Origin: Sneathiella sp.
GTDB taxonomy: Bacteria > Pseudomonadota > Alphaproteobacteria > Sneathiellales > Sneathiellaceae
Assembly (NCBI GenBank): GCA_017643685.1
Contig: JAEPMY010000002.1
Coordinates: forward strand, 905 to 64,904
Reading direction: 5' to 3'
DNA length: 64,000 nt
Shown here: piece after piece, positions 40,981-50,997 of the stretch
How the letters are laid out: every line of letters starts with the position of its first letter
Numbering within the stretch: the first letter of the stretch is position 1
Translations under genes and position numbers: made by a program
Notes under the pieces: generated by a model
What the model was told of the DNA's origin: nothing
What the model saw: the letters and a program-made list of their open reading frames with translations, nothing else
Databases searched by the model: none

Positions 40981-41839
40981 TATTGCGGAGGCGCTGGAAT
41001 GGGTGATCACATCGCCCTTTCTGTTAAAAGGCAAGGTCGAACCTGATCTGTGGTCACTTCCCGAAAGCCAGGAGTTGATAACAAGGGTGCGGCATGACCC
41101 CGCGCCCTTAAATGCCTATTTGGCCAAGCGAAAACGTAAAAATCTTGGCTCTCTCTTTGAATATCTCACTTTTTACTGGCTTGAAAATCTGCCAGATGTT
41201 CGGGTTATCGGTCATAACCTTCAGCTTCGGGATGAGAAAAACACCTATGGAGAGATTGACCTACTTTTTGAATATGCAGGACATATCTATCAGTGGGAAT
41301 TGGCGATTAAATTCTACGCCTGTGATGGCACACCAGAGGATGAAGCCAACTGGCTAGGGCCGCTTCGGCGCGATAATCTGAAACGAAAACTGGATCGCCT
41401 ACTGGATTTTCAGCTTCATCACCTTAATGAACCTTATGCGCAAACTCTGCTAAGTGACCTTGGGATATCAGATAGGCCAATTCAGTGTTTTCCTTTTGTA
41501 AAAGGCTGTCTTTACTCCCCTCATTCAAGCACGGAAATCATCCTGCCGCCCCGTCTCGCCCCCGATGGCTTGCATGGAAAATGGCTTCCTCTTCACCATC
41601 TGGATAGCTATCTATCAGAGTGGAAAATTAGCCATTTTGCCATACTGACCAAAGCCGATTGGCTAAATTCTGTGCCTGACGACAAATGGCAAGCGACCGA
41701 GATGAAGTTGACAGAGGCGCTGAATCAAATCTTCAACGAAAATCCGACCCCGCGGCAAGTCGCTTTAAAAGCAGGTGACGTAGAAATCGCACGTCCCTTT
41801 ATCATGCCCGATAGCTGGTCAAGCCTCCCTCGGGTTTAG
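40964..41839 (+). CDS. DUF1853 family protein (PD-(D/E)XK-like fold)
   Basis: 291 aa with the motif GEIDLLFEY...YQWELAIKFY, consistent with a restriction-endonuclease-like core. The ATG overlaps the tauE-like 3' end by 17 nt. The family assignment is from memory. Confidence 0.65.
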   Translation: MASSANIAEALEWVITSPFLLKGKVEPDLWSLPESQELITRVRHDPAPLNAYLAKRKRKNLGSLFEYLTFYWLENLPDVRVIGHNLQLRDEKNTYGEIDLLFEYAGHIYQWELAIKFYACDGTPEDEANWLGPLRRDNLKRKLDRLLDFQLHHLNEPYAQTLLSDLGISDRPIQCFPFVKGCLYSPHSSTEIILPPRLAPDGLHGKWLPLHHLDSYLSEWKISHFAILTKADWLNSVPDDKWQATEMKLTEALNQIFNENPTPRQVALKAGDVEIARPFIMPDSWSSLPRV

Positions 41840-43080
41840 TGAATTTCTCTCAAAGAAGCTAATAACCGCAATGACGCTTGGACATAATCTGTCCCTAAAT
41901 ATCTGAATTTTTCCATATCACATGACGTGGCTAATTCATCCACCGCTGATTGAGGGCCTGCCGCATAAATCATGATCCCCGATGATACCGCCTCGTTGCA
42001 AGCAGCAGCGAAATCAGCTTGATCATCAGCATTATTTGTAGGGGCCGCCGACACCATCATAAAAATAATCTGTTTCTCTGGGTTTGGGATGCGCGCCTCT
42101 CCTCGCCACACACCTTTCCACTTGGGTGACAATGTTCGAAGTCCCCAAACAAGGCCGCGCCCCGGATAGAAATCACCACTATCGTTTAGATTTTGCACGG
42201 CCTGTCGCGCGGCAGTTTGATCTGCTTTGAGCGGGGTAATAGACACTGCAGGACATTCGTCCGTTGTCGTCACGGCATATTCATCCGTTCCATCAGCGGC
42301 GGTTTCAACCGTGATTTCCATCGCTATCTCAAAAGGTTGCATGGCGGGTGGATTGGACGTTTTTCGGACGCCGCCAGGGCGTGGATGAACGCACCATCGC
42401 TGATCCTCAAGCGCGCCTGACCACATGGCGCGCCCCGGTACATTTGGCGGCACCGCAGCGGGCCAATGCCCCGGCATCACCCATTCTTTGTGGGGCGCCA
42501 CATTTATCAGATTGGTGGCATTTGGAATAAGGGCGAGCCTTATTTCCTCCGCTGAATTTATGGCCGTCAGCTTGGATAAGAAATATTCCGCGGTGGCTCT
42601 GATATCCGGATTTGTCGCCGCATGGTCCAAAACCATTCCGATATGAGATGGGATAGGTTCCGATCGCCGAACGCTATTTACACTAACCTGAAAGCCCGCC
42701 TTAATACCAAGCGTACTGAGCAGAAAGGGGGTCAGCTCTCCCTTGATAGTGACGGAAAAATCGGTGGAACTGTGGCTTCCCTCAATCAGGGACAGAGAAT
42801 AATCCCGGCGAGCGAGAGAGAGAAACCCATCATCCTCACCAAGCTCAGACCTCACGATCAGGCGGATACTGGCAAGAAGTTCTTCCTCAGGCAGCAAATC
42901 CGACATTTCCGCCCCATATCCCGCCGCCATATGAGCCACGTTCAACAGCCTGTTTTTCAGGAGAAAATAGCGCCCCCCATCCAACAAGACAGCCAGCATT
43001 CCCATTAATAATATTAATGACAAGACAGCCCACGGCAAAAGGCTCCCACGCTCGTCCGATAACAACCGGTGCATCGTCAT
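41836..43080 (-). CDS. tadG: TadG-like pilus assembly protein (TadG N-terminal domain plus vWA-like region)
   Basis: 414 aa with the N-terminal motif ERGSLLPWAVLSLILLMGMLAVLLDGGRYF, typical of the TadE/G-like N-terminus. It is the last gene of the tad operon. Confidence 0.72.
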   Translation of the reverse strand: MTMHRLLSDERGSLLPWAVLSLILLMGMLAVLLDGGRYFLLKNRLLNVAHMAAGYGAEMSDLLPEEELLASIRLIVRSELGEDDGFLSLARRDYSLSLIEGSHSSTDFSVTIKGELTPFLLSTLGIKAGFQVSVNSVRRSEPIPSHIGMVLDHAATNPDIRATAEYFLSKLTAINSAEEIRLALIPNATNLINVAPHKEWVMPGHWPAAVPPNVPGRAMWSGALEDQRWCVHPRPGGVRKTSNPPAMQPFEIAMEITVETAADGTDEYAVTTTDECPAVSITPLKADQTAARQAVQNLNDSGDFYPGRGLVWGLRTLSPKWKGVWRGEARIPNPEKQIIFMMVSAAPTNNADDQADFAAACNEAVSSGIMIYAAGPQSAVDELATSCDMEKFRYLGTDYVQASLRLLASLREIH

Positions 43081-43538
43081 CCCGCAATCCCCAGAGGATA
43101 ATAATGCACGGACCGCAAGGTTATGGGGCCGCTGATAAAGCCAGAAATCAGATCATCCTCCGTCAACATCAAACAAACCGTCACTTTGCCAAAGGGGACC
43201 TTGAATGCGCCTTTCATCTCTTCACGAAAATCATTTTTTGGTGCGCAACTAAGTCCGGCAGGACTAAAACTATCCTCAATCGTCCCTTCTGCCTTACCCG
43301 GTGCGAAAACCTGCTGCGTTGCGACGATTTTACCGGAAAGTAATGGGCTTAATATCCCATTGCTAAAATGAGCGTGGGACAGCCGAACGGCTGTTGCATC
43401 CAACTCTGCCCGCAGGGTCATAATCTTATAAAAATCCAGCGATGCAAAAATAAGCGCCACTATCAGGGGTAAAAAAAGCGCCAACTCAACGCTAATATTC
43501 CCTGATTTATGGTGCCAGAAACCTCTATTGCCCTTCAT
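43077..43538 (-). CDS. TadE/TadF-like pseudopilin
   Basis: 153 aa with the TadE-like N-terminus SGNISVELALFLPLIVALIFASLDF. Confidence 0.75.
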   Translation of the reverse strand: MKGNRGFWHHKSGNISVELALFLPLIVALIFASLDFYKIMTLRAELDATAVRLSHAHFSNGILSPLLSGKIVATQQVFAPGKAEGTIEDSFSPAGLSCAPKNDFREEMKGAFKVPFGKVTVCLMLTEDDLISGFISGPITLRSVHYYPLGIAG

Positions 43539-43923
43539 AAACCCATCCTAGATAGATCAGGTTATCAGGCACCAGTTTTGTAAAACCGAGGGGAGAAATT
43601 GATTGATAAGGATGGCTCACGGCCCAGCCCACCGCGCTACCCCCCTCACTTTTGTGCAGCTTTATCTCAGTGGTAATCAGCGCCCCGCCCGACATCATCG
43701 GAATGACAGCATCAAACCTGGATTTAAGATCGGCCAGCGTGATATCTTTAAGGTCCGGCCCCAATTGCATAAAAACCTGCTGACTACTCACCCTTAAAAT
43801 CAGGTTCAAATAAAAATAGCGGGAGAGATCAATCCCCCCCAACGTGATGGTCAACAACACCGGAAGTAACAATGCCGCTTCTACCGCGGCTGACCCGTTG
43901 GACGACCGCCAGAAGCGCCTCAT
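43525..43923 (-). CDS. tadE: TadE-like pseudopilin
   Basis: 132 aa with the N-terminus NGSAAVEAALLLPVLLTITLGGIDLSRYF. Confidence 0.75.
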   Translation of the reverse strand: MRRFWRSSNGSAAVEAALLLPVLLTITLGGIDLSRYFYLNLILRVSSQQVFMQLGPDLKDITLADLKSRFDAVIPMMSGGALITTEIKLHKSEGGSAVGWAVSHPYQSISPLGFTKLVPDNLIYLGWVYEGQ

Positions 43924-44747
43924 GAAATTTCCCCTACACCAAGCAGGGTTGCTTTTATCGCCCTCAGATCACGGCTCTGGCGAAGCTGCCGGTATATCTT
44001 TAGATTGCTTCTGGCTTGATCAGGCGGCAGGTCCATCAAGGCCACGTATAAAGCACCCTCTTCATCCCCTTGCAGCGCCATCACAAGCGCGAGATTTTGC
44101 CTGATTGTAAAAGCCTCATCCTTCGCATACGCAAATCTCTCCAGCAGCTGACGTGCGGCTGCCAAATCCCCCACCATGACCAATGCCAAGGCGTAATTAT
44201 TCTGTCGCCGCTGATCTTCAGGGTTTTCCGCCGCGGTCTCATATAGGATTTGTAGCGCCGCCGGATCGCCTGATTGAATGATTTGCGCCAAAGCCAACTC
44301 TTCCCGCGCGGCGGCATGGGTTGGCTCGACTTTTAGACAATGCTCATATCGAAGCGCGGCAAGACTGACCCGGCCAAGCGCAAATAACGATTTTCCAAGC
44401 CCTAAATCTACCTCACAGATATCACTTTTCACCTCACTCGCAGCAAGAAAGCTGTCGATCGCTGGCTCATACTGTCCCGTCAGGTGCTGCGCCTGCCCCA
44501 GTTTGGTGAGCAACCGCCCCCGTTCCAATTCCGTTAGCGATAAAAGCAGTTTTTGATAAATGGGGATGGCGGCTGCGGGTCTGCCCACGTTCACTAACTG
44601 ATCGGCAACCGCCTCCCCCCTCTCCCGTTTTTCCATCCCCTCAAGAGGATAATTGAGATCAACACCAAACAAATCGAGTGAGGCACATCCGGACAGGACC
44701 GATAGAGCCAATATGATAAAGATGACCTTCATGTCAGCCACCGCCAA
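43920..44747 (-). CDS. tadD: TPR-repeat lipoprotein TadD
   Basis: 275 aa with the lipobox LSVLSGC and several TPR-like repeats, positioned after tadC. Confidence 0.75.
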   Translation of the reverse strand: MAVADMKVIFIILALSVLSGCASLDLFGVDLNYPLEGMEKRERGEAVADQLVNVGRPAAAIPIYQKLLLSLTELERGRLLTKLGQAQHLTGQYEPAIDSFLAASEVKSDICEVDLGLGKSLFALGRVSLAALRYEHCLKVEPTHAAAREELALAQIIQSGDPAALQILYETAAENPEDQRRQNNYALALVMVGDLAAARQLLERFAYAKDEAFTIRQNLALVMALQGDEEGALYVALMDLPPDQARSNLKIYRQLRQSRDLRAIKATLLGVGEIS

Positions 44748-45678
44748 TTGCAGCCATCAGACTGATAAATCCCGGCCCCGTGGATAAAACAATTACCGGC
44801 GGCAGGATGAGGAGCATTAAGGGCAGGCTTAAGAAAACGGGAAGCCGCCGGGCTGCCGCCCCCCTTTTGTGCAGCATTTCCTGACGTGTTTCCAACCTCA
44901 CCCGGCGAAGTGATTGGGCGATAGGGGTGCCATATATCTCCCCCTGCATCAGGGAGAGTTTCAGGCTCTTAAAACCTTCCGCGCCCGTCCTTGCGATCAG
45001 ATTATCAAAGGCAGTTTCCCGCTCTGGCAGGATCAACAATTCTCTTGATAATAATTTAAACTCAGCAGAGAGCCGCGGGGCACTTTCCTTGATCAGATCA
45101 GATATCTTGAGTACAGCCTGATCGAAGCTAAGTCCCACCTCCACAGAGAGGGTGAGAAGGTCCAAAACGTCGGGGACTTTCGCCTCTATCTCCGTCTGAC
45201 GTTTCTGCAGATATCGCCTCATCCCCCACTCAGGCAGCAAAATCGCAAAGGCCAGCGACAGGCTAAAGATGATCACTTTATGATCGATGGTGATATCACC
45301 GGACACCGTTGCCCAGAACGTCCAACTCAACATCAAAGAACTGATCAAAAACACCAAAAGCTTCAAGGTAAGTGACAACGACACATGGTATTTCTTTGGG
45401 ATCTCAAATGCGGACCAATACCGCTCCGACGTTTCTCTGCCAGCTGCGGCCGCAAAATGCAGGGGATCGGCCTTTAACAAATCCCCCCCCTCGAACCGTC
45501 GCCAGAGCAAAAGTCGTTTCGGGCGCTGTTTTGGGGTCTGATCAGACGGTGTCTCGCATAATCCGACGCGGTGAAAATAATGATCCCGTCTCTCTCGCCG
45601 CCGCATCAGAATTGAGGTTATGGCAAAAATAATCGAAGCCACTATTAATCCTGACATCACCCAAAGCTCTGCGATCAC
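44734..45678 (-). CDS. tadC: Tad pilus inner-membrane platform protein TadC (T2SS F family)
   Basis: 314 aa with a T2SSF domain (VPDVLDLLTLSVEVGLSFDQA) and flanking TMs. Confidence 0.85.
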   Translation of the reverse strand: MIAELWVMSGLIVASIIFAITSILMRRRERRDHYFHRVGLCETPSDQTPKQRPKRLLLWRRFEGGDLLKADPLHFAAAAGRETSERYWSAFEIPKKYHVSLSLTLKLLVFLISSLMLSWTFWATVSGDITIDHKVIIFSLSLAFAILLPEWGMRRYLQKRQTEIEAKVPDVLDLLTLSVEVGLSFDQAVLKISDLIKESAPRLSAEFKLLSRELLILPERETAFDNLIARTGAEGFKSLKLSLMQGEIYGTPIAQSLRRVRLETRQEMLHKRGAAARRLPVFLSLPLMLLILPPVIVLSTGPGFISLMAAIGGG

Positions 45679-46571
45679 GACACCCTCCTCACCATATGGC
45701 GGATGACCACAAACCCCAGCAGGCTGCTAACCAATCCATAGATCAAAAGTCCCTGCCCTTTCTCATGGGTGATTAAAAAATCAAACTGCGCCCGGTTCAT
45801 GAAGAACAGCATCCCAATTGAAACGAAGGAGAGGATACCAACCACTTTCGCTGCCGCCCTCGCTTCCGACGTGATCACTTTGACTTTCTGTTCCTGTTGA
45901 AACTTCTCCCTGACGGATTGGGCTAAAAGCTCAATCACTTCTGCGTAATTCCCGCCCACTTTTCGGTGCAATGTCATGATGGATTGCAAGGTCTTGAGAT
46001 CATCGATGGGATAGCGACCAAAGGCGCGTTTCATGGCCTGCTCAGTGGATAAACCAACTTTTGTATAGTGGCTCACCTCCCCAAATATGGTGCCGATTGG
46101 ATGATTGAGTTCAGGGCTCAAGCGCTTAAAAATATGCTCCGGGGTAATGCCCGTCCGCGCCATGCGCGCCATCATGTCAAATGCGTCGGGAACCTGCTCC
46201 GATATCTTATGGCATTCCCGCCGCCATTTCCAATTGGCCCCACCATACAATCCCCAAAAGATCAAATTGGAAAAGATCGCCACTACCCAAATAATCTCTG
46301 ATGTTGGCGCAACTGTTATAGCGGCAATCGCGCCGCCGCTGATCAAAATGCAAATTGCCCTCATTTTGGAGGAGCGGACCTTTTCCTGCATTTTTTGTAT
46401 TTTTGACGTTATTTCCTGTATTTTTTGAGATTGTTTTGGCTCTTTTTCGGCCCCATCTTCAATTCTGCGGAGCATTTTAACACGTTTCTCCCGCTCTGCC
46501 TGTCTCCAAAGCCAGACCCCGCTCCCGCCTCCAATAAGGAATAAAAGAAAGGCGATCCCCAATAGCTTCAT
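45675..46571 (-). CDS. tadB: Tad pilus inner-membrane platform protein TadB (T2SS F family)
   Basis: 298 aa with a T2SSF domain (VPDAFDMMARMARTGITPE). Confidence 0.85.
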   Translation of the reverse strand: MKLLGIAFLLFLIGGGSGVWLWRQAEREKRVKMLRRIEDGAEKEPKQSQKIQEITSKIQKMQEKVRSSKMRAICILISGGAIAAITVAPTSEIIWVVAIFSNLIFWGLYGGANWKWRRECHKISEQVPDAFDMMARMARTGITPEHIFKRLSPELNHPIGTIFGEVSHYTKVGLSTEQAMKRAFGRYPIDDLKTLQSIMTLHRKVGGNYAEVIELLAQSVREKFQQEQKVKVITSEARAAAKVVGILSFVSIGMLFFMNRAQFDFLITHEKGQGLLIYGLVSSLLGFVVIRHMVRRVS

Positions 46572-47908
46572 CCGCGCACCCCTTCCGTCATCACTGATAA
46601 AAGCCGGTCGGAAAGCCCAAAGAACCCAACCTTTTCAAGGCAGTGCGGGCGAATGTCATGGCGGGTAAATTCTGGCGTTCCGCTAGTACCACGGGCCCCT
46701 GAAAACAGCTCCTGCATGGTGATGGCATCGCTTTCGATACCCGTTACCTCTGTAATCGATTTGATAAATCGATTACCCTGAAAATCCCGCACCACATGCA
46801 CCACCAAATCAATGGCAGAGGTAAGCTGACGGCGAACCGCATGCGGATTAAAATTGGTGAGAGAGCTTAGAACCAGATCCTCGACCCGCACCAATGCATC
46901 GCGCGGGGAATTGGCATGAATGGTGGACATGGACCCGTCATGCCCCGTGTTCATGGCTTGCAACATATCATGAGCTTCAACGCCCCGAACCTCACCCACA
47001 ATTATCCGGTCTGGTCGCATCCGAAGCGCATTTCGAAGAAGATCCCGCTGTGACACTTCACAGCTGCCTTCCATATTCCGCTGACGGGTTTCAAGACTGA
47101 TCACATGCGGTTGTTGCAGGTTAATCTCTGCGGCATCCTCAATGGTGACAATCCGCTCTAATGGAGAGACATTTCCAGACATTGCATTCAAAATTGTCGT
47201 CTTTCCGGCGCCAGTGCCTCCAGAAATGAGGACATTCAGGCGGCAAAAGGCGGCAATTTCCAAAAATTCGGCCATTGTCCCGCTCATGGCCTGCTTGTCG
47301 GCCAACTCTTCAAGCGTGACCTGGTGATTTGGAAATTTCCTAATAGAGACAATTGTCCCATGAATGGAGAGCGGCGGAATGATGATATTAACCCGGCTAC
47401 CATCTGCGAGCCGCGCATCAATCATCGGGCTGCTTTCATCAACGCGGCGCCCTACGCTGCCGGCTATTCTCTTGGCAACTGAGAGCAAATGACTTTCGTC
47501 GCGAAAATGAAAAGAGGTTTGCTCCAACCGGCCCTGACGCTCCGCAAAAATATGATGGGGGCCATTGATCAGAATATCCGTCACACCCTGATCTTTCAGA
47601 AGATACTCAACCGGTCCTAGACCTGTGATGTCGTTTTTAAGCTCTTGGGCCGCGGCTTTTTGCTCCTCCCGGTCGATGGGCAGTTTTGCCTGATCCACAA
47701 TATCGGCAACGGCCTGCTCAATTTTGGCAAACAGCGCTTCTTCAGATAAATCTGACGCAAAATTCGGATTAAGACGCGCAAAAAAAGCATCCCGAATGAA
47801 TTGCATATGATCTGCCGATGGCAGATTTTGAGGAGATAACCTCGCCGGATGAGTGACGTCCGCCGCCTCCTCCAAAGCCGCAATAGTGTCATTTCTACGC
47901 CCGAACAT
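46568..47908 (-). CDS. cpaF: Tad pilus secretion ATPase CpaF/TadA
   Basis: 446 aa with Walker [10 protein letters not shown], Asp box, Walker B IIVGEVRG and His box motifs of the VirB11/GspE-like ATPases. Confidence 0.93.
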   Translation of the reverse strand: MFGRRNDTIAALEEAADVTHPARLSPQNLPSADHMQFIRDAFFARLNPNFASDLSEEALFAKIEQAVADIVDQAKLPIDREEQKAAAQELKNDITGLGPVEYLLKDQGVTDILINGPHHIFAERQGRLEQTSFHFRDESHLLSVAKRIAGSVGRRVDESSPMIDARLADGSRVNIIIPPLSIHGTIVSIRKFPNHQVTLEELADKQAMSGTMAEFLEIAAFCRLNVLISGGTGAGKTTILNAMSGNVSPLERIVTIEDAAEINLQQPHVISLETRQRNMEGSCEVSQRDLLRNALRMRPDRIIVGEVRGVEAHDMLQAMNTGHDGSMSTIHANSPRDALVRVEDLVLSSLTNFNPHAVRRQLTSAIDLVVHVVRDFQGNRFIKSITEVTGIESDAITMQELFSGARGTSGTPEFTRHDIRPHCLEKVGFFGLSDRLLSVMTEGVRG

Positions 47909-49085
47909 ATGCCCCCCTTAACCGCCCAAATAAAGAAGGGTCGGTAGTAGGTCGCCCGGTCAGAATACTGGATAGTTCAAGATAGGATTGACGCATTCGA
48001 CGAGAGATTTGAACAGTGGCTCTCCCCTCCCCCTCAGCTTTGGAAAACAGCCGTGGTTTGTGCGGCAATTGTACAGCGATTTTCTGATCCAGTATCCGCT
48101 CAATTTCGCTCTTGGTGACATCAGTGGAGTATACTGGACGTGGATGGTTCAAAATCAGTTTTGGTAATGGCAGGCCTTGGGCCATCATAAAATCAGATAT
48201 CACTTTCGCCCTTTTCAATGACGGTAAAGATCTAGTTAGAACCAGAAAATGCAGGTCAGATTTAAGATAAAATGACATGTTTTCGCGGCTAGAGGACATC
48301 CCGAAATCCATCAACAAATAATGCGCATTTTTTCCAAGCCTCTCCCCGATAGCTTCCAGTTTATCAAACGGGAGGGCATCGGTGATGTCATCGCCAAACC
48401 CAAGTAACGCCGCCCGATCGCTCAAATTTTGTTGGGTGCGGGAGAGAATTAAATCATCAACATTCTGATCGCGCTTTATCAGGTTATGAAGCTCTCCGGT
48501 ATCCACAAGACCAAATAAAAGCGCCATCCCGCCGCGCGCTGTCAGATCCAGCCCGACGGCCCGCCGATGAGCAAAATCTGTCAAAACAGACAAGAGATTA
48601 GCCGCGATGCTTGTGCAGCCAGCCCCGCCCACTGTTCCCAATATTCCAACGGACGTGGCGCTAGCGGTTTTTGTCATCTCGCCATCGCCTCGCAACCGGT
48701 TCAGACTTTCCCGAAGGAGGGGCTCCGGCATGGGTGTCACCAGATAATCATCCACACCTCGTTTCAGCAGCGCGCGATAAAGCCCAACACTATCTTCTTT
48801 TCCCAAAACGATTACCCGTGTATGAGGGGAGCTAACAGCCGCCAGGTCATCCACAAAATTGAGCGGAAATTGCAAACCTGATACATCTACGATCAGAACA
48901 TCGGGGGATGTTGCCGTTTGGTAATATTTCACCGCATCCCGGATATCACCTTTTGGGGAGATGGCAGATTGAAGCCCAATAGAATTTGCAATCTGACGGA
49001 TCATCTTTGCTGTCTGATCGTCTTTGGTAAAATAGCTCAGACTGGATAGACCCTCGGATATTGATTTTGGACTGAGAAGGTTCAT
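47895..49085 (-). CDS. cpaE: Pilus assembly protein CpaE/TadZ (receiver-like N-domain plus MinD/ParA-like domain)
   Basis: 396 aa with an atypical P-loop, GILGTVGGAGCTSIAANL, positioned between cpaD and cpaF. Confidence 0.83.
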   Translation of the reverse strand: MNLLSPKSISEGLSSLSYFTKDDQTAKMIRQIANSIGLQSAISPKGDIRDAVKYYQTATSPDVLIVDVSGLQFPLNFVDDLAAVSSPHTRVIVLGKEDSVGLYRALLKRGVDDYLVTPMPEPLLRESLNRLRGDGEMTKTASATSVGILGTVGGAGCTSIAANLLSVLTDFAHRRAVGLDLTARGGMALLFGLVDTGELHNLIKRDQNVDDLILSRTQQNLSDRAALLGFGDDITDALPFDKLEAIGERLGKNAHYLLMDFGMSSSRENMSFYLKSDLHFLVLTRSLPSLKRAKVISDFMMAQGLPLPKLILNHPRPVYSTDVTKSEIERILDQKIAVQLPHKPRLFSKAEGEGRATVQISRRMRQSYLELSSILTGRPTTDPSLFGRLRGAYVRA

Positions 49086-49657
49086 TTTTCGTCTCTCTCA
49101 GTCTTTAGCCAGCCGGGTTTTTGAAATTGAATAACCCGCTCATCCGGCACAGTTTCGTATAATGCTGGCCGCGCCTGCTTGAGCGGTTTTCGAACGGGTG
49201 AGAGTGTCTGCAGATCAGATGTGCGGTTCATCGTCACCGCGCAACCAAGCCGATAGCGACCTGATGCATCGTGGCAGTTCATATTCTGGATTTTCGCGCG
49301 ATAAAGGCGAAGAGTAGTCGACACATCCGCTGCCCCTGGTGCCGCCGCAATGCGAAGCGGGCGCTTCGAATAGTCAGTCCAGATTTCAGCGATATCCGGC
49401 CCCGCAATCAAATGGGGTGCTGAGATCAACAATAATTCATCATTTAAATCAATTTCTTGTTCCGTGAGCCATTGCCGCAATTCGCCGCGCCAACCCCGAT
49501 CGGACAGATCAAGTGGATATTCGATATGATGATACGTGACCTCAGCTTTGGTGATCACATCTGGCGGCATTGCATATTCATCGGGCATATGGATGCAGCC
49601 ACTTAGCAGCAGAAAAAGACTGCCGCTGATTATGGAATGTAAAAACGCCCCCCTCAT
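49082..49657 (-). CDS. cpaD: Pilus assembly lipoprotein CpaD
   Basis: 191 aa with the lipobox LLLSGC. The call rests mainly on its position between cpaC and cpaE. Confidence 0.62.
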   Translation of the reverse strand: MRGAFLHSIISGSLFLLLSGCIHMPDEYAMPPDVITKAEVTYHHIEYPLDLSDRGWRGELRQWLTEQEIDLNDELLLISAPHLIAGPDIAEIWTDYSKRPLRIAAAPGAADVSTTLRLYRAKIQNMNCHDASGRYRLGCAVTMNRTSDLQTLSPVRKPLKQARPALYETVPDERVIQFQKPGWLKTERDEK

Positions 49658-50997
49658 TTCATAAACCCATGAGGCCCATATAAAACACGGCCACCGCTTT
49701 TGTGAATTGCCCGGCTATCTGGTAGCGGGTTTAGATTTTGCCCAGTTTCCATTTTCCGACGAACATCCAAGGGGCTGCGATATGTATCCTCATAGGTTGG
49801 CCGAACGATATTGACGGTTGCGATAATGACCAGCTCACTCTCTGAGTTTTGAAACTTTTTAGAGCGAAAAAGCGGCCCCAACACATCCATGTCCCCAAGC
49901 CACGGCACTTTGCTCACCGTATCCTGCCTTTGATTTTGAAACATGCCCGCGACCGCGAAACTCTGCCCGTCCCCAAGCTCGATCGTTGCCTCTGTTCGGC
50001 GAATGGCGACCCCCGGAATGGATATCCCTTCGGTGATAATGGCACCTGTGGCGGTGAGTTCGCTAACCTCTGGCCGGATGTGAAGGCGAATTTTGTCAGG
50101 CGATAAAATGGTTGGGGTCATATCCAGTATCACCCCAAATTTTTTGAACTCGATCGTCAACTGGTCATTATCAGCCGCCACCGGGATCGGAAATTCGCCG
50201 CCCGCAAAAAAGCTGGCCGTACTTCCAGAACGCGAGGTTAAATTCGGCTCTGCCAGTACCGTGACCAGTTGATCTTTGGACAAGGCATCAATAATCGACG
50301 AGATGCTGCCATCAGCACCATTAGATCCGATACGCGCGGACATCCCGCCGCCGCCCGTTCCCAGGTTTGGCAGAAACTGCCCGCCCGCCCCTTGCGCCAG
50401 ACGCCCTGACACCACATTAATGGCGAGGGAGCCGGGATTGAGGAGAATATCCCAATTAAGGCCAATTTCCCGAATGGCGACCCGGTTCATTTCCATCACC
50501 CGAACTTTTAAATTCACCTGATTTGGACCAAGGAGGGTCATCTGGTTCAAAACATGCATTCCTTCACCGGCAAAGCCTTCGGTTAGTTTCAAGGCGTTAT
50601 GCATCGCCGCGCTACTTTCGATTAAGCCGGATAAAATAAGGCTGCCAGGCGTTGATGAGACAAGGAGCCGGCTATTAGGAAAGTTATGATCCAATGAGGA
50701 TTGAAGGCGCGTTAGATTGGCCATCACTGCAATCGACCGGCTATAAAGAACACGATCATTCTGCCCTAAAACCACCAACTGTGTTTCGCCAATTCGTTTG
50801 CCATATACGAATAAATTGCGATCCTGCGTCAGGCGAATATCCGCAATATCGGGATTTGTAATCACCACATCCTGAATAGTGTCAGAGATGCGAATAAGCT
50901 GTCCCTCATTTACCATCAGTTCAAGCGGTGCAGCCTGTGCCAATGAGGCGCCCCCATAGAGAAGGCTTGCGACAAATACTAATATCTTAACGCGCAT
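49654..50997 (-). CDS. cpaC: Tad pilus secretin CpaC/RcpA
   Basis: Signal peptide MRVKILVFVASLLYGGASLAQA, a BON-like N-domain and a C-terminal secretin domain (VLAEPNLTSRSGSTASFFAGGEFP...VPWLGDMDVLGPLFRS). The ORF opens at 51036; the ATG at 50997 is preferred. Confidence 0.9.
   Translation of the reverse strand: MRVKILVFVASLLYGGASLAQAAPLELMVNEGQLIRISDTIQDVVITNPDIADIRLTQDRNLFVYGKRIGETQLVVLGQNDRVLYSRSIAVMANLTRLQSSLDHNFPNSRLLVSSTPGSLILSGLIESSAAMHNALKLTEGFAGEGMHVLNQMTLLGPNQVNLKVRVMEMNRVAIREIGLNWDILLNPGSLAINVVSGRLAQGAGGQFLPNLGTGGGGMSARIGSNGADGSISSIIDALSKDQLVTVLAEPNLTSRSGSTASFFAGGEFPIPVAADNDQLTIEFKKFGVILDMTPTILSPDKIRLHIRPEVSELTATGAIITEGISIPGVAIRRTEATIELGDGQSFAVAGMFQNQRQDTVSKVPWLGDMDVLGPLFRSKKFQNSESELVIIATVNIVRPTYEDTYRSPLDVRRKMETGQNLNPLPDSRAIHKSGGRVLYGPHGFMK

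Noticed and set aside
47895-49085. CpaE/TadZ lacks the canonical Walker A lysine (GTVGGAGCTS).
   Set aside because: Atypical Walker A boxes are a known property of TadZ/CpaE-family proteins, so this is not evidence of pseudogenisation.
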